The notes beneath the pieces are model-generated. The model did not search any database and was not told the DNA's origin. It saw only the letters and a program-made list of their open reading frames with translations. A program made the position numbers and the translations under genes. This document shows positions 1 to 9,402 of a stretch of DNA of 64,000 nt, piece by piece. The stretch is taken from positions 256,001 through 320,000 of the forward strand of contig JBHLLT010000002.1 of the NCBI GenBank assembly GCA_048938855.1. The letters are read 5' to 3'. Position 1 is the stretch's first letter. The number at the start of each line of letters is the position of its first letter. This DNA is from Promethearchaeota archaeon (GTDB lineage Archaea; Asgardarchaeota; Lokiarchaeia; Sigyniarchaeales; SOKP01).

Positions 1-1
1 A

Positions 2-487
2 ATTAGCACAATTAGCTCAATTTTTACAAAGGATAGGGAAGATGGAGCATTGGCAGGATTCTATGGCAGTTCTTTAGCATTAGCTTTATGGTTATTTATT
101 CCATTTATTTTATCCTACTTTCTTAACTTTATTACAGTATTATTCTTAATTCCTGATTTTTTACTCAATTTATTAATGATTATACTACATTTTGCATTAA
201 CGATTTTGATGATATTTATATTATACAAACAAAAACTTCGTATACTCCTATACGTTTTAATCATTCTGATTTTAATCGGATATGTTTTTCCCATTACAAT
301 GAGTATATTAGTAGAGTTTGGATATATGATCGATTTGGAAGGAATAATGCAAATCCTTTTAGATTTTTTATTAAATTTTGTTGGAATAATTATTATATCT
401 ACAATTAGTGGTTTAATTGGAGGATGGTTTGGAATGAAATTGTTGAAAAAATACCAATCCGAAAATATAAATGTTCAACAAAAATAA
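2..487 (+). CDS. Integral membrane protein, 5'-truncated by the window edge
   Basis: Frame is open from position 2 (att agc aca att...) through the TTG at 50 to TAA at 487; several hydrophobic helices. Confidence 0.7.
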   Translation: MSTISSIFTKDREDGALAGFYGSSLALALWLFIPFILSYFLNFITVLFLIPDFLLNLLMIILHFALTILMIFILYKQKLRILLYVLIILILIGYVFPITMSILVEFGYMIDLEGIMQILLDFLLNFVGIIIISTISGLIGGWFGMKLLKKYQSENINVQQK

Positions 488-494
488 TAATCTG

Positions 495-599
495 TGGGCC
501 TGGCAGGATTCGAACCTGCGACATCCCAGTCCGAAGCCGGGCACCTAAGACTTTCTTCGGTGAAACCGAAAAAACCTATCCAGACTAGATTACAGGCCC
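495..599 (-). tRNA. tRNA-Arg(TCG) with a 30-nt intron in the D-arm (intron 546-575)
   Basis: Minus strand: acceptor GGGCCTG/CAGGCCC, anticodon arm CCCGG-CTTCGGA-CTGGG, T-arm GCAGG-TTCGAAT-CCTGC. Removing 575..546 restores ATCT-AGTCTGGATA-GGGT. CCA not encoded. Confidence 0.93.
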
Positions 600-733
600 T
601 AAAATTAAAGGAAAAAACTTGTAGGTTTAATTAGTTTCATTCATTATTTCTAAAAAATATTTTTATTTAACTATAATAAAAGCACAAATCTATTTGTGAG
701 TTCGTATAAAAAAGTAAATGAAGCTAAATTATT

Positions 734-1183
734 TCACTTTTTAAACCCATTGTTTAGATAAACTAGGAACATCCGAAATAATTTTGTAAATCTTAATCCT
801 TGAGAGAGATCTCCATCAACTTTGATTAAACCTTTCATATACGCATCAGAACCATATATCTCTCGTCTTAGAATCTTGATAAATATATCCTTAGTGTATT
901 TTACTGTAAATGATGCTCCTCTATTAATTCCTTTTTGATAAATTATTGAATTATTCGAGATGTTTAACCAAAAATTAAAATTCAAGTCAGAAACTATGAT
1001 TTGGTAAATATCATTATATTCTTCAATTTCTTCTCGTAAATCTTGGGTGTTTTTGAATTTATCTACTGCGAACTTAATGAATTTATCTAAAACCAAAATT
1101 AATTCATCATTATGGCTTTCTAAATTAGCAAGGACTGAATTGAGCCTTTTTGAATTAAGCATTGTATATATACTTGCCACCAA
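734..1183 (-). CDS. SCP2 sterol/lipid-binding domain protein
   Basis: C-terminal SCP2 signature AYMKGLIKVDGDL preceded by beta strands. Confidence 0.8.
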   Translation of the reverse strand: MVASIYTMLNSKRLNSVLANLESHNDELILVLDKFIKFAVDKFKNTQDLREEIEEYNDIYQIIVSDLNFNFWLNISNNSIIYQKGINRGASFTVKYTKDIFIKILRREIYGSDAYMKGLIKVDGDLSQGLRFTKLFRMFLVYLNNGFKK

Positions 1184-1372
1184 TTCAAATGTTTAATATA
1201 TTTATACCTAAATATACCTTATAATCTACAACGCTTTTAAGCCATATAAATGTTTCTGTTCTGTGTTTTCATCTGAGTTCCTTATCTAAAATGTCTCAGA
1301 ATAAAATTTTTAAGCTTGTTTTTATTTCATTTTTTATAGAATTTTTTTTTCTAACACTAATAATCTTATAAT

Positions 1373-1480
1373 GCCCACATAGTGTAGCCCGGTCTAGCAT
1401 TCGGGACTGTCACTCCTGCGACTATGAGTGACAACACGTTGCTTATCGTGAAGCGGGTTCAAATCCCGCTGTGGGCGCCA
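1373..1480 (+). tRNA. tRNA-Asp(GTC) with a 30-nt intron between variable loop and T-stem (intron 1423-1452), CCA encoded
   Basis: Acceptor GCCCACA/TGTGGGC-G-CCA, anticodon arm CGGGA-CTGTCAC-TCCTG, T-arm GCGGG-TTCAAAT-CCCGC; the insert forms hairpin ATGAGTGAC/GTTGCTTAT. Confidence 0.93.
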
Positions 1481-1794
1481 CCATAAATCCAATCAGTAGA
1501 TTTATTTTAGTTAGTGGCTTTAAAAATTCTCAAAATTTTGTAGATTTTCAATTTTAAGTGAAGAAAAAATACAATTTAAAAAACAAAGTTAGGAAGATTT
1601 TTAAAAAAATGAGAAGTCAATTAAACTTCTTGAAATCTCTTTTTAATTTTGAAATTTTGACCTTTTTTAAGAAGCGACACAAATAAAACCTTTTTATATC
1701 ATTATAACCTTTTAATATTGTTATTTATAGAATATTTTCTAAAATAATTTTCATAATAAAAGAGGAAAATTATACAAAAAGGTTGAAAATTAAA

Positions 1795-2229
1795 ATGGTT
1801 GACGAATCATTATTGAAGGACATAAAAGCTGCTCAAGATGCTGGTGCATCTGCTGCTTCAGCTGAAGACGTAATGAGAATGTACGAATTTATTAAGCAAA
1901 TCTCGAAAGAGAATGAAGATCTCAAAGAAGAATTAGAGGACATGGATATTGCCATAAGTATGATAATTACTGACACAGATAAGAAGTATTGGCTTACAGT
2001 TAAGGAAGGAGATTTGGATTTTGGAGAAGGTGATGTAGATAATCCTTCATTTACAATGTCTAGTACATTGGAGGTTGGTGCAGGAATCCTCATGGGAGAA
2101 GTAGATGCAACTTCAGCATATATGGCCGGAGATATAACTGTAGAAGGAAATCTTCAGGATGCTATGGCCTTCCAAGAGATTGTAGAGCTTGCTTTAGAAG
2201 CTTATGAAGATCTCGCAGAAGATCTATAA
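1795..2229 (+). CDS. SCP2 sterol/lipid-binding domain protein (acidic)
   Basis: Motif GEVDATSAYMAGDITVEGNL; ATG at 1795 preferred over TTG at 1783. Confidence 0.85.
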   Translation: MVDESLLKDIKAAQDAGASAASAEDVMRMYEFIKQISKENEDLKEELEDMDIAISMIITDTDKKYWLTVKEGDLDFGEGDVDNPSFTMSSTLEVGAGILMGEVDATSAYMAGDITVEGNLQDAMAFQEIVELALEAYEDLAEDL

Positions 2230-2240
2230 AATTACTAACA

Positions 2241-2278
2241 ATCCATTGAACTTTCAATGAATCTTTTCTTTTTTTTTT
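2241..2278 (+). terminator. Hairpin plus long T-tract after the SCP2 gene
   Basis: CATTGA-ACTT-TCAATG followed by TTTTCTTTTTTTTTT. Confidence 0.55.
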
Positions 2279-2517
2279 ATTACTAATTTTAGATTTATTT
2301 TCTTAAATCGTATTTCTTTTATTCTATTTTATTCAATAGGTGACAATCGCATCAATTTGATAGTTGAAATAACACCAAAGAGTATATTATTCTCATATTA
2401 GTGTACCTTAAAACAACAGTTTAAAAAATTTAATTAGGAATTGCATAAAATTAAATCTAAGTAATTATATTAATTGAATGATAAAAAGCGACAAAATTTG
2501 GTATCAGGTGTCTGAAT

Positions 2518-3141
2518 ATAAAATTAGTTTTAGAAAGACTATATGAAAGCACAGATAACCTTGTAAATCAGCAGTTTTATAAAGATGGGAGAGATATCAT
2601 AATTGGAAGAACTCCAGAAATTTCTCTAAAAATAAGCAATTCAGGGCAAATTATAAGGAAATTTAAAAATTTATTCAATGAAAATTTAGAATTATTTCTG
2701 GAGGGTAAATATTTAGAGTTTCTTCGTCTTTTTAAAAGAATCAAGGGTTTAGATGAAAATTATATAAAAGAAATATACCAAGATCTCCAGCTTAAATTTG
2801 AAAACTTAAAGGGTGCAGATCACATTAATACCGTCATTTTGTACTCTCTTTTATTGAATTCACTTATTTCAAGTATAAGAGATCTGAACTTTGAAGAGTC
2901 AATTAAAGAACTTAAGAGACGTATATTAAAAAAGTTAAAGATCTCTGAAAACACGATTCAAGGCGAACTAGACAAATTATTTATGAGAAATGATAAAAAT
3001 ATATCAATCCTATATAATCTCTCATATCTAGACACACTGGCAGAGTCTTTTAATTATCATAAAGTTGCCCATATATGTAAGATTCAAAAAAGTAAATTTA
3101 TAAATCGAATAGTGAAACTTATCTCTTCATCAAGGGATTAG
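2518..3141 (+). CDS. Hypothetical protein of about 207 aa; start uncertain (ATA at 2518, or ATG 2478 with a 1-nt frameshift)
   Basis: The frame of the 2839..3141 ORF is stop-free from 2485 and reads as normal protein (KLVLERLYESTDNLVNQQFYKDGRDIIIGRTPE...). Confidence 0.6.
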   Translation: MKLVLERLYESTDNLVNQQFYKDGRDIIIGRTPEISLKISNSGQIIRKFKNLFNENLELFLEGKYLEFLRLFKRIKGLDENYIKEIYQDLQLKFENLKGADHINTVILYSLLLNSLISSIRDLNFEESIKELKRRILKKLKISENTIQGELDKLFMRNDKNISILYNLSYLDTLAESFNYHKVAHICKIQKSKFINRIVKLISSSRD

Positions 3142-3895
3142 ATCCAAGTAACTCTTCAAATAATATGTGTGCAAGAGTTTTAATAGCTTTTTTTCTTAAA
3201 CTCTTATCAAATAAACGTAGGCGATCTGAAAATTCAATCTGAATTGTTTGGCTCTTTAAGAATCGAGAAGCTCCATATTGTGTTGTTATATATCCTCCAG
3301 TTAACACATATTCTTTCCTTCTGGGATGCCCCGGCGCAACTGGTATACCTAATTGAAGCATACTATTGATAATATTCCCCCTAATGTTTTTATCCCAATC
3401 TCTCTTTTTAACGGGTTTGGAAAAAAGGGATTCTAAATTATTTGTGCCTAAAATTATATCCACATCTCGAAATCCCTGAGGTCGATCGGCACTTTCAAAT
3501 CCGTGTATATCAATGAGTAAAGAGCGATTATATATCTTTAAATTTCTAAGAATCAATTCTTCAATTTTATAATGATAAAATCTATAAATTTCCCTTGCTA
3601 AAAATGAGTTTTGGTTAAATGCTTCATACTCTATTCGATTTAAATCAATTTTACTTCGTCGTACTCTAGAAATAATATTAAAAGGTGACTTGAATCCCTC
3701 ATTACTATTTTCAAATTCGATAGAAATTTGTTTAATTAAGTTTTTAGTTAAATCTATAGTTCCTCTATCAATTCCTAAGACACCTACAGTCCTCTGGGGG
3801 ATAGAATCACATTTTAATTGCCCACCATGAGGAACAGATAAAATAAGTGGTATGTTACCCGCTTCATATTCTATATACTTATTTAATTCGTACAT
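3119..3895 (-). CDS. N-formylglutamate amidohydrolase family protein
   Basis: Motifs ILSVPHGG, DLNR, LLIDIHG, GGYIT, IQIE. Confidence 0.8.
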   Translation of the reverse strand: MYELNKYIEYEAGNIPLILSVPHGGQLKCDSIPQRTVGVLGIDRGTIDLTKNLIKQISIEFENSNEGFKSPFNIISRVRRSKIDLNRIEYEAFNQNSFLAREIYRFYHYKIEELILRNLKIYNRSLLIDIHGFESADRPQGFRDVDIILGTNNLESLFSKPVKKRDWDKNIRGNIINSMLQLGIPVAPGHPRRKEYVLTGGYITTQYGASRFLKSQTIQIEFSDRLRLFDKSLRKKAIKTLAHILFEELLGSNPLMKR

Positions 3896-3920
3896 TTCTT
3901 CTTAAATAATAAAAAAAAGA

Positions 3921-4385
3921 TTAAATTATTGGAGAATTTTGAAAAGTTAAATATCGAAGTATAATAAAAACACTAATCCACACACCAAATCCGATTATCC
4001 CAAATGTGTAATAAGCAAATGCACTTCTCTCCTTTTCAAATGTAAGATAGGCAAACAACCATGTTCCAAGACCCCCTACACCACATAAAAGAATATCAGA
4101 TGTCATATTCATCCAACTATCTGGGCGGTTTTCAAATTTCCAACCTAATGGAAGAAATAACACGTTTTCAATGATTTCCCAAATAATAGCACATACAATA
4201 GTAAGGATAAAAACAAATAATAATGAGAAGATTGGAACTTTCCCTTTTTTTTTTGGAATGGTATAAAACAGCGACCAAAAAAGGAATAATCCTATTCCAA
4301 AACATATATGCCCTATCGAATAAAAATCAAAAACCGAAATCCCTACTTCATCAGTCGTTGTTGCAAACCATAAATTGAGTAACAT
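3921..4385 (-). CDS. Membrane protein, hypothetical
   Basis: 4 TM segments with DFYSIGH, WEIIEN and SD motifs typical of small membrane metal-site families. Confidence 0.65.
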   Translation of the reverse strand: MLLNLWFATTTDEVGISVFDFYSIGHICFGIGLFLFWSLFYTIPKKKGKVPIFSLLFVFILTIVCAIIWEIIENVLFLPLGWKFENRPDSWMNMTSDILLCGVGGLGTWLFAYLTFEKERSAFAYYTFGIIGFGVWISVFIILRYLTFQNSPII

Positions 4386-4526
4386 GTTTCTAACTCCTTA
4401 TGAGATTTTAAGTAATAAATCACGTAATACTAATATAAGTTTAAGTATTATACTCCACTGGAAACTCTTTTTAGAAAAATTATAAGAACTGTAGATATTT
4501 AGAATTTATTTGAGATATTTAATAGG

Positions 4527-5825
4527 ATGATAAATTTGCCTAAAGATGTTGCTTTTGTTGTATATTATCATAAAAATAATATATATAGTATTAATGCAAT
4601 AATCGGGGCATTAGAAACAGATGAATTTTTTGATAATTTTAAAATTTACCTTATTCCAAAAAAACAAGATCTAATTAGAGGTTTAGAAAAGATCATTAAA
4701 AACCACGATTTAGTCATAATCGGATTTTCTTTTTTCACTTCTCAATTATGGGAAATTTATCATTTAATTTCTGAATTAAAACATAAATATGGGAATCGTA
4801 TCATTTATATAGCAGGAGGTCCGCATGCTACTGGTGATCCCTTAGGAGTACTTAAACTAGGATTTGATTATGTTGTTGCAGGTGAGGGTGAAGAAACAAT
4901 TATTCAATTATTAAAGCATCTTGTTTTAAACTCTGATTATAAAAGCATAAAAGGAATTGCTTTTTACGATGAGGATAATGAATATTTTTTTACAGGAAAA
5001 AGAGATCCTATTGATTTGGATGATTATCCTCCATTTCCTTTAAAAATTCGAAGATTTGGAGCAATTGAAATAACAAGGGGTTGTCCATATGTCTGTTATT
5101 TTTGTCAGACCCCATATATTTCTGGTACAAAACCACGACATAGAAGTATTGAATCAATATGTAAATATGTACAAGTAATGTATAATTATTATGGAGATTT
5201 GACAGATGTAAGATTTGTCACCCCAAATGCTTTTTCTTATGGCTCTCTTGACGGAAAAGTGTTAAATCTTACTATCCTTGAAGAATTATTAATAAAAATA
5301 AGGGAGATTATAGGAAAAAAAAGTCGTATATTTCTGGGGACATTTCCATCGGAAGTGAGACCTGAACACGTAACTCCTGAAACATTAAGTTTAATTTTAA
5401 AATATGCTAATAACGATAATATAACAATTGGCGCACAATCAGGTAGTCAAAGAATCTTAGATTTATGTCATAGAGATCATTCAATTGAAGATATATTTAA
5501 TGCTGTTGAATTAACATTAGAAAATAATTTAAAAGTAAATGTAGACTTTATTTTCGGTTTACCTGGAGAAGGAGAAGAAGATGTAAAACTCACAATTTCT
5601 ATGATGAGAAAATTGTCTAGAAATGGTGTTCGAATGCATGCCCATTCCTTTATTCCTTTACCTCAGACTCCATTCGCTAAGGCCCCTGTTAGTAAAATAA
5701 AAGATTTGTATAAGTATGAAATTACAAAATTAATCTCCCAAGGATTTGCATTTGGGGAGTGGAAGAAACAAGAAAAAATTGCTATTAAGATTGCAAAATA
5801 CATGAAATCAATGAAATTGGATTAA
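4527..5825 (+). CDS. B12-binding domain / radical SAM protein (TIGR04013, MJ1487-like)
   Basis: GGPHAT..GEGE cobalamin-binding domain; EITRGCPYVCYFCQT CxxxCxxC; GTFPSEVRPE. Confidence 0.85.
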   Translation: MINLPKDVAFVVYYHKNNIYSINAIIGALETDEFFDNFKIYLIPKKQDLIRGLEKIIKNHDLVIIGFSFFTSQLWEIYHLISELKHKYGNRIIYIAGGPHATGDPLGVLKLGFDYVVAGEGEETIIQLLKHLVLNSDYKSIKGIAFYDEDNEYFFTGKRDPIDLDDYPPFPLKIRRFGAIEITRGCPYVCYFCQTPYISGTKPRHRSIESICKYVQVMYNYYGDLTDVRFVTPNAFSYGSLDGKVLNLTILEELLIKIREIIGKKSRIFLGTFPSEVRPEHVTPETLSLILKYANNDNITIGAQSGSQRILDLCHRDHSIEDIFNAVELTLENNLKVNVDFIFGLPGEGEEDVKLTISMMRKLSRNGVRMHAHSFIPLPQTPFAKAPVSKIKDLYKYEITKLISQGFAFGEWKKQEKIAIKIAKYMKSMKLD

Positions 5826-5828
5826 AGT

Positions 5829-6692
5829 TTATTTTTTATTTAACCTAATAATTTCATTTGTAATCTCTAGAAAACCTTCTTTCCTTAGCTGATTCAATGC
5901 ACCTATAATCGTTTTATAATCTATATTGCCAAGTTGTGTTTGAATATTCTTTAGATCCATCTTTCCTTTGTTAATCAATAGATCTAGAATTTTTCCTCTA
6001 ACTTCTCTTGTAGATCCTTTAAATGGTGCTTGTTTTCTATAATGTGTGCTTTTTTTATTCAGATCTGGATGAGTTTTTTTAAGCATAACACCATAATCCA
6101 TTAGTGCATAGTACCAATCTCGAGGGTTAGAACTGTCAAGAGTCTTTTTAACGATCGGCAAAATTTCTTTATCATTAATCTTATTTCTATTTGGGAAGAA
6201 AAAGTAAATATAAACTCTTCTTATATTAGTTTCAATAAAAGCAGCAGGCTTATTAAAAGCAAATGTAATAATTGATGAAGCTGTATTATATCCTATCTGA
6301 GGGAAGGATTTTAAAATGTCTATTGATTCTGGAAGTTTTCCATTAAAATCCTTAATGATTGTATCCGCTATTTTTTTTAATGCTATAGCTCTTCTATTAT
6401 ATCCTAATCCTTTCCATTCTTTAAGAATATCTTCAAGCGGGGATTTAGATAGAGATGAGAAACTTGGAAACTTTTTTGTAAATTTTAAAAATTTTTCAGT
6501 TACTTGCCCTGTTTGAGTTTGTTGGAGCATGATTTCTGATACAAGAACATTGTATGGAGTAATATTTTCTCTAAAGGGAAATTTTCTCTTATGATTTTTG
6601 TAATAATTATAAATAAATTTTTGAAATAGCTGTACCACTTCAGGATTTACACCACTTTTTTTAAAGCGCTTATGAAAGTCATTAATAAACAA
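5829..6692 (-). CDS. mutY: HhH-GPD DNA glycosylase, MutY-like (no Fe-S motif)
   Basis: VSEIMLQQTQ, WKGLGYNRRA, HhH FPQIGYNTA, IETNIRR, ALMDYG. Confidence 0.8.
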   Translation of the reverse strand: MFINDFHKRFKKSGVNPEVVQLFQKFIYNYYKNHKRKFPFRENITPYNVLVSEIMLQQTQTGQVTEKFLKFTKKFPSFSSLSKSPLEDILKEWKGLGYNRRAIALKKIADTIIKDFNGKLPESIDILKSFPQIGYNTASSIITFAFNKPAAFIETNIRRVYIYFFFPNRNKINDKEILPIVKKTLDSSNPRDWYYALMDYGVMLKKTHPDLNKKSTHYRKQAPFKGSTREVRGKILDLLINKGKMDLKNIQTQLGNIDYKTIIGALNQLRKEGFLEITNEIIRLNKK

Positions 6693-6809
6693 GTCTTCAC
6701 TAATTTTTAAACACAGAGAAATTATTAATTATACAGTATTTAGGAATAACCGATTCTTAAAATTATATTTATGGATTTTAAAATATAACTCTTGCTTTGA
6801 CCTACTTAG

Positions 6810-8717
6810 TTAAGAAAGATCGAATGCAAATATTGTAATTCCACTTTCGATTCTTTTTAATTTTAGCATGTATCCTGAACTATTAATAATATGAAGCATT
6901 GGAGTATTTTCGAGTAGAATTGATCCCGTAAATGTCTTATAATTAAGCTCTTTACCAATCTGTACTAAATATTTTAATAAAAATTTGGTTATACCTAATC
7001 CCCTCCAATCTTTATGAACAACAAATGCTAGTTCGGCTATAGATGGCTGGACTGTCTTAAAAAACGCACCTAGTGCAACAATTTTATCTTCTCCATTTTC
7101 ACTGTATTCTCCTACCAAAATCATATCTGTTGAGTAATCAATATTGACCATCGGTTGGATTTTTGTATGTCGAAAATCCTTAATTGGAGTAAAGAATCTC
7201 AAATATCTGTCTTGTTCATCTAATGAATAATGAAGTTCTTGAATCATTCTTTCATCAGTTGGTTTCACAGGGCGAACTTTTATCTTCTTTCCCTTTTGGA
7301 GTTTTAAAGAAGATTCATATTTTTCAGGATAGACACTTATCCTTCCATCTATAGATATTGGTAATTTTTGATCTGAATACACATATTTCCACTTTTTTGC
7401 ATGTTCTAACAGCTCTTCACGGAAGTCTGGATGTGCAATATTAATCATTTCAAGTACTCTTTCTCGAATATTTTTTCCATATAGATATGCGATTCCCCAT
7501 TCAGTTACAATATAATGGATATCTCCTCTAGTTATTACCACACCAGATCCGGGCTGGAGGAAAGGTACTATTCTAGAAACTATTGTTCCATCTTGTAAAG
7601 TTGCTGTAGATGGCAGTGTCATAATCGGCTTTCCTTCAATGGCTCTCCCCGCTCCTCTAACAAAATCAACTTGTCCACCAATACCACTATAAAATTGGTG
7701 CCCTAAGGAATCAGAATTTACTTGTCCTGTTAAATCAACACTTAAGGCTGCATTTATTGCAACTTGTTTTTTATTTTGGCTAATAATGTAAGGATCATTT
7801 GTATAATCACATGGATGAAATTCTACCATAGGATTATCATTAACAAAGTCGTATAACCTTTTAGATCCCATTACAAAAGAACAAATGATTTTATCTTTGT
7901 GAATAGACTTTTTCTTACATGTGATTACCCCCTCCTCAACAAGATCGACTATTCCATCAGAAAACACTTCACTATGAACGCCTAAGTCTCTTTTTCCCAC
8001 TAATTCTTTTGTAACTGCATTTGGAATTTGGCCAATTCCCATTTGGATTGTTGATTCATCTTCAATTAAAGAAGCTACAAATTTAGCTATTTTAGTAGAA
8101 ATCTCATCAAGTTCACCATAGGTGAATTCAATAATATCATGATTGCTTAAGATATAAGCATTGATATCATCCAAATGAATAAAGGAATCACCTAATGTAC
8201 GTGGCATATTTGGATTTATTTCTGCTACTACATATTCAGCAGACTCAGCAATTGGTTTAACTATGTCTACATTAATTCCATAACTACAAAACCCATATCG
8301 ATCTGGTGGACTCACTTGAATAAGGGCAGTGTCTAAATGTATTTTTCCAGATTTAAATAAATTTGGTATCTCTGAAAGGAGCATTGGAGTGTAATCTGCT
8401 TGACCGGTTTCCACATATTTCCGTAGTGATTTTCCAATAAAGAATGCATTATGTCTGAATAGATCTTCTATTCCGCCAGCAGTTTCATAATAATCTAAAT
8501 CACTAAGGCTCAGAAAATGTAGTATCTCAACATCAGGAAGTTTAATTCCAAGCTCGATTAACTTCTTAGTAAGATCAACGGGTTCTGAACAGCCAGAATC
8601 AATAAAAATGCGATTCCCTGGTTTTATATACTTTAATATAGCTTGATCTATAGACACTTGTTTTTTTTCATATCCTGCTAATAAACTTGAGATATCGTGA
8701 TTGGTGGTGTTTGGCAT
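6810..8717 (-). CDS. Acetyl-CoA hydrolase/CoA-transferase family fused to C-terminal GNAT domain
   Basis: QMGIGQIP, HSEVFSDG, GIGGQVDFVRGA, VTEWG; C-terminal AELAFVVHKDWRGLGI. Confidence 0.9.
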   Translation of the reverse strand: MPNTTNHDISSLLAGYEKKQVSIDQAILKYIKPGNRIFIDSGCSEPVDLTKKLIELGIKLPDVEILHFLSLSDLDYYETAGGIEDLFRHNAFFIGKSLRKYVETGQADYTPMLLSEIPNLFKSGKIHLDTALIQVSPPDRYGFCSYGINVDIVKPIAESAEYVVAEINPNMPRTLGDSFIHLDDINAYILSNHDIIEFTYGELDEISTKIAKFVASLIEDESTIQMGIGQIPNAVTKELVGKRDLGVHSEVFSDGIVDLVEEGVITCKKKSIHKDKIICSFVMGSKRLYDFVNDNPMVEFHPCDYTNDPYIISQNKKQVAINAALSVDLTGQVNSDSLGHQFYSGIGGQVDFVRGAGRAIEGKPIMTLPSTATLQDGTIVSRIVPFLQPGSGVVITRGDIHYIVTEWGIAYLYGKNIRERVLEMINIAHPDFREELLEHAKKWKYVYSDQKLPISIDGRISVYPEKYESSLKLQKGKKIKVRPVKPTDERMIQELHYSLDEQDRYLRFFTPIKDFRHTKIQPMVNIDYSTDMILVGEYSENGEDKIVALGAFFKTVQPSIAELAFVVHKDWRGLGITKFLLKYLVQIGKELNYKTFTGSILLENTPMLHIINSSGYMLKLKRIESGITIFAFDLS

Positions 8718-9016
8718 CTAGATTATTTAATTTTTATGGGATTTTAAATGTAATTATAAGATATACTAATTAATATAGGCTCTAAAATTCTATAACATTT
8801 TAATTTTTTCTACCGCGTTGTTACACCTGCGTTTATCTTATTATTATACCATCTTCTTGTAAAAACATGTTAATTTCTTAATTTTCTCTTTTTAGAATGG
8901 CTATTCTATGATAGATAATCAATCATTTACTTTTTTAAAGTAAAATAATCAATAATAAATATTTGATTTCCTTCTAGAACTTATATTTTTATTAAAATCA
9001 ATTCCTAGAATTACCT

Positions 9017-9355
9017 ATGGCAAAAGATAAAGTCGACATTGAAGATCTAGAAGCGTTTATTAGTGGTTTAAAGCATTCTTTTGACACTTTACAAGAGATT
9101 GATCCAAATCAATCAAAAGGATTCCAAGCACAATTAGCAAAAGCAATATCAGATCTAAGATTAAAACGGGCTGCTCAAATTGAACCACTGCCAAAACAAA
9201 TTGGGCAATTATCTAAGGAAGATCTTAAGAATTTAATGCTAAAGGAGTTAGAATCTTTACAAAATGATTTAGAAACTTTTGAGTATAATTGGAGAAAAAA
9301 GTTTGAATTAGTAAAAAAGATTGCTCATGTGCGAGAGCAGGTAAATAATATGTAA
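9017..9355 (+). CDS. Hypothetical helical/coiled-coil protein
   Basis: 112-aa ORF with typical composition, co-oriented with tatD. Confidence 0.7.
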   Translation: MAKDKVDIEDLEAFISGLKHSFDTLQEIDPNQSKGFQAQLAKAISDLRLKRAAQIEPLPKQIGQLSKEDLKNLMLKELESLQNDLETFEYNWRKKFELVKKIAHVREQVNNM

Positions 9356-9402
9356 CTTTTTTCTTCCAACTATTTTTTACATGAAATTATAAGGTTTTAA
9401 GT

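Noticed and set aside
495-1480. tRNAs as integration sites of a mobile element
   Set aside because: No integrase, no duplicated tRNA 3' end and no cargo boundary seen in the window.
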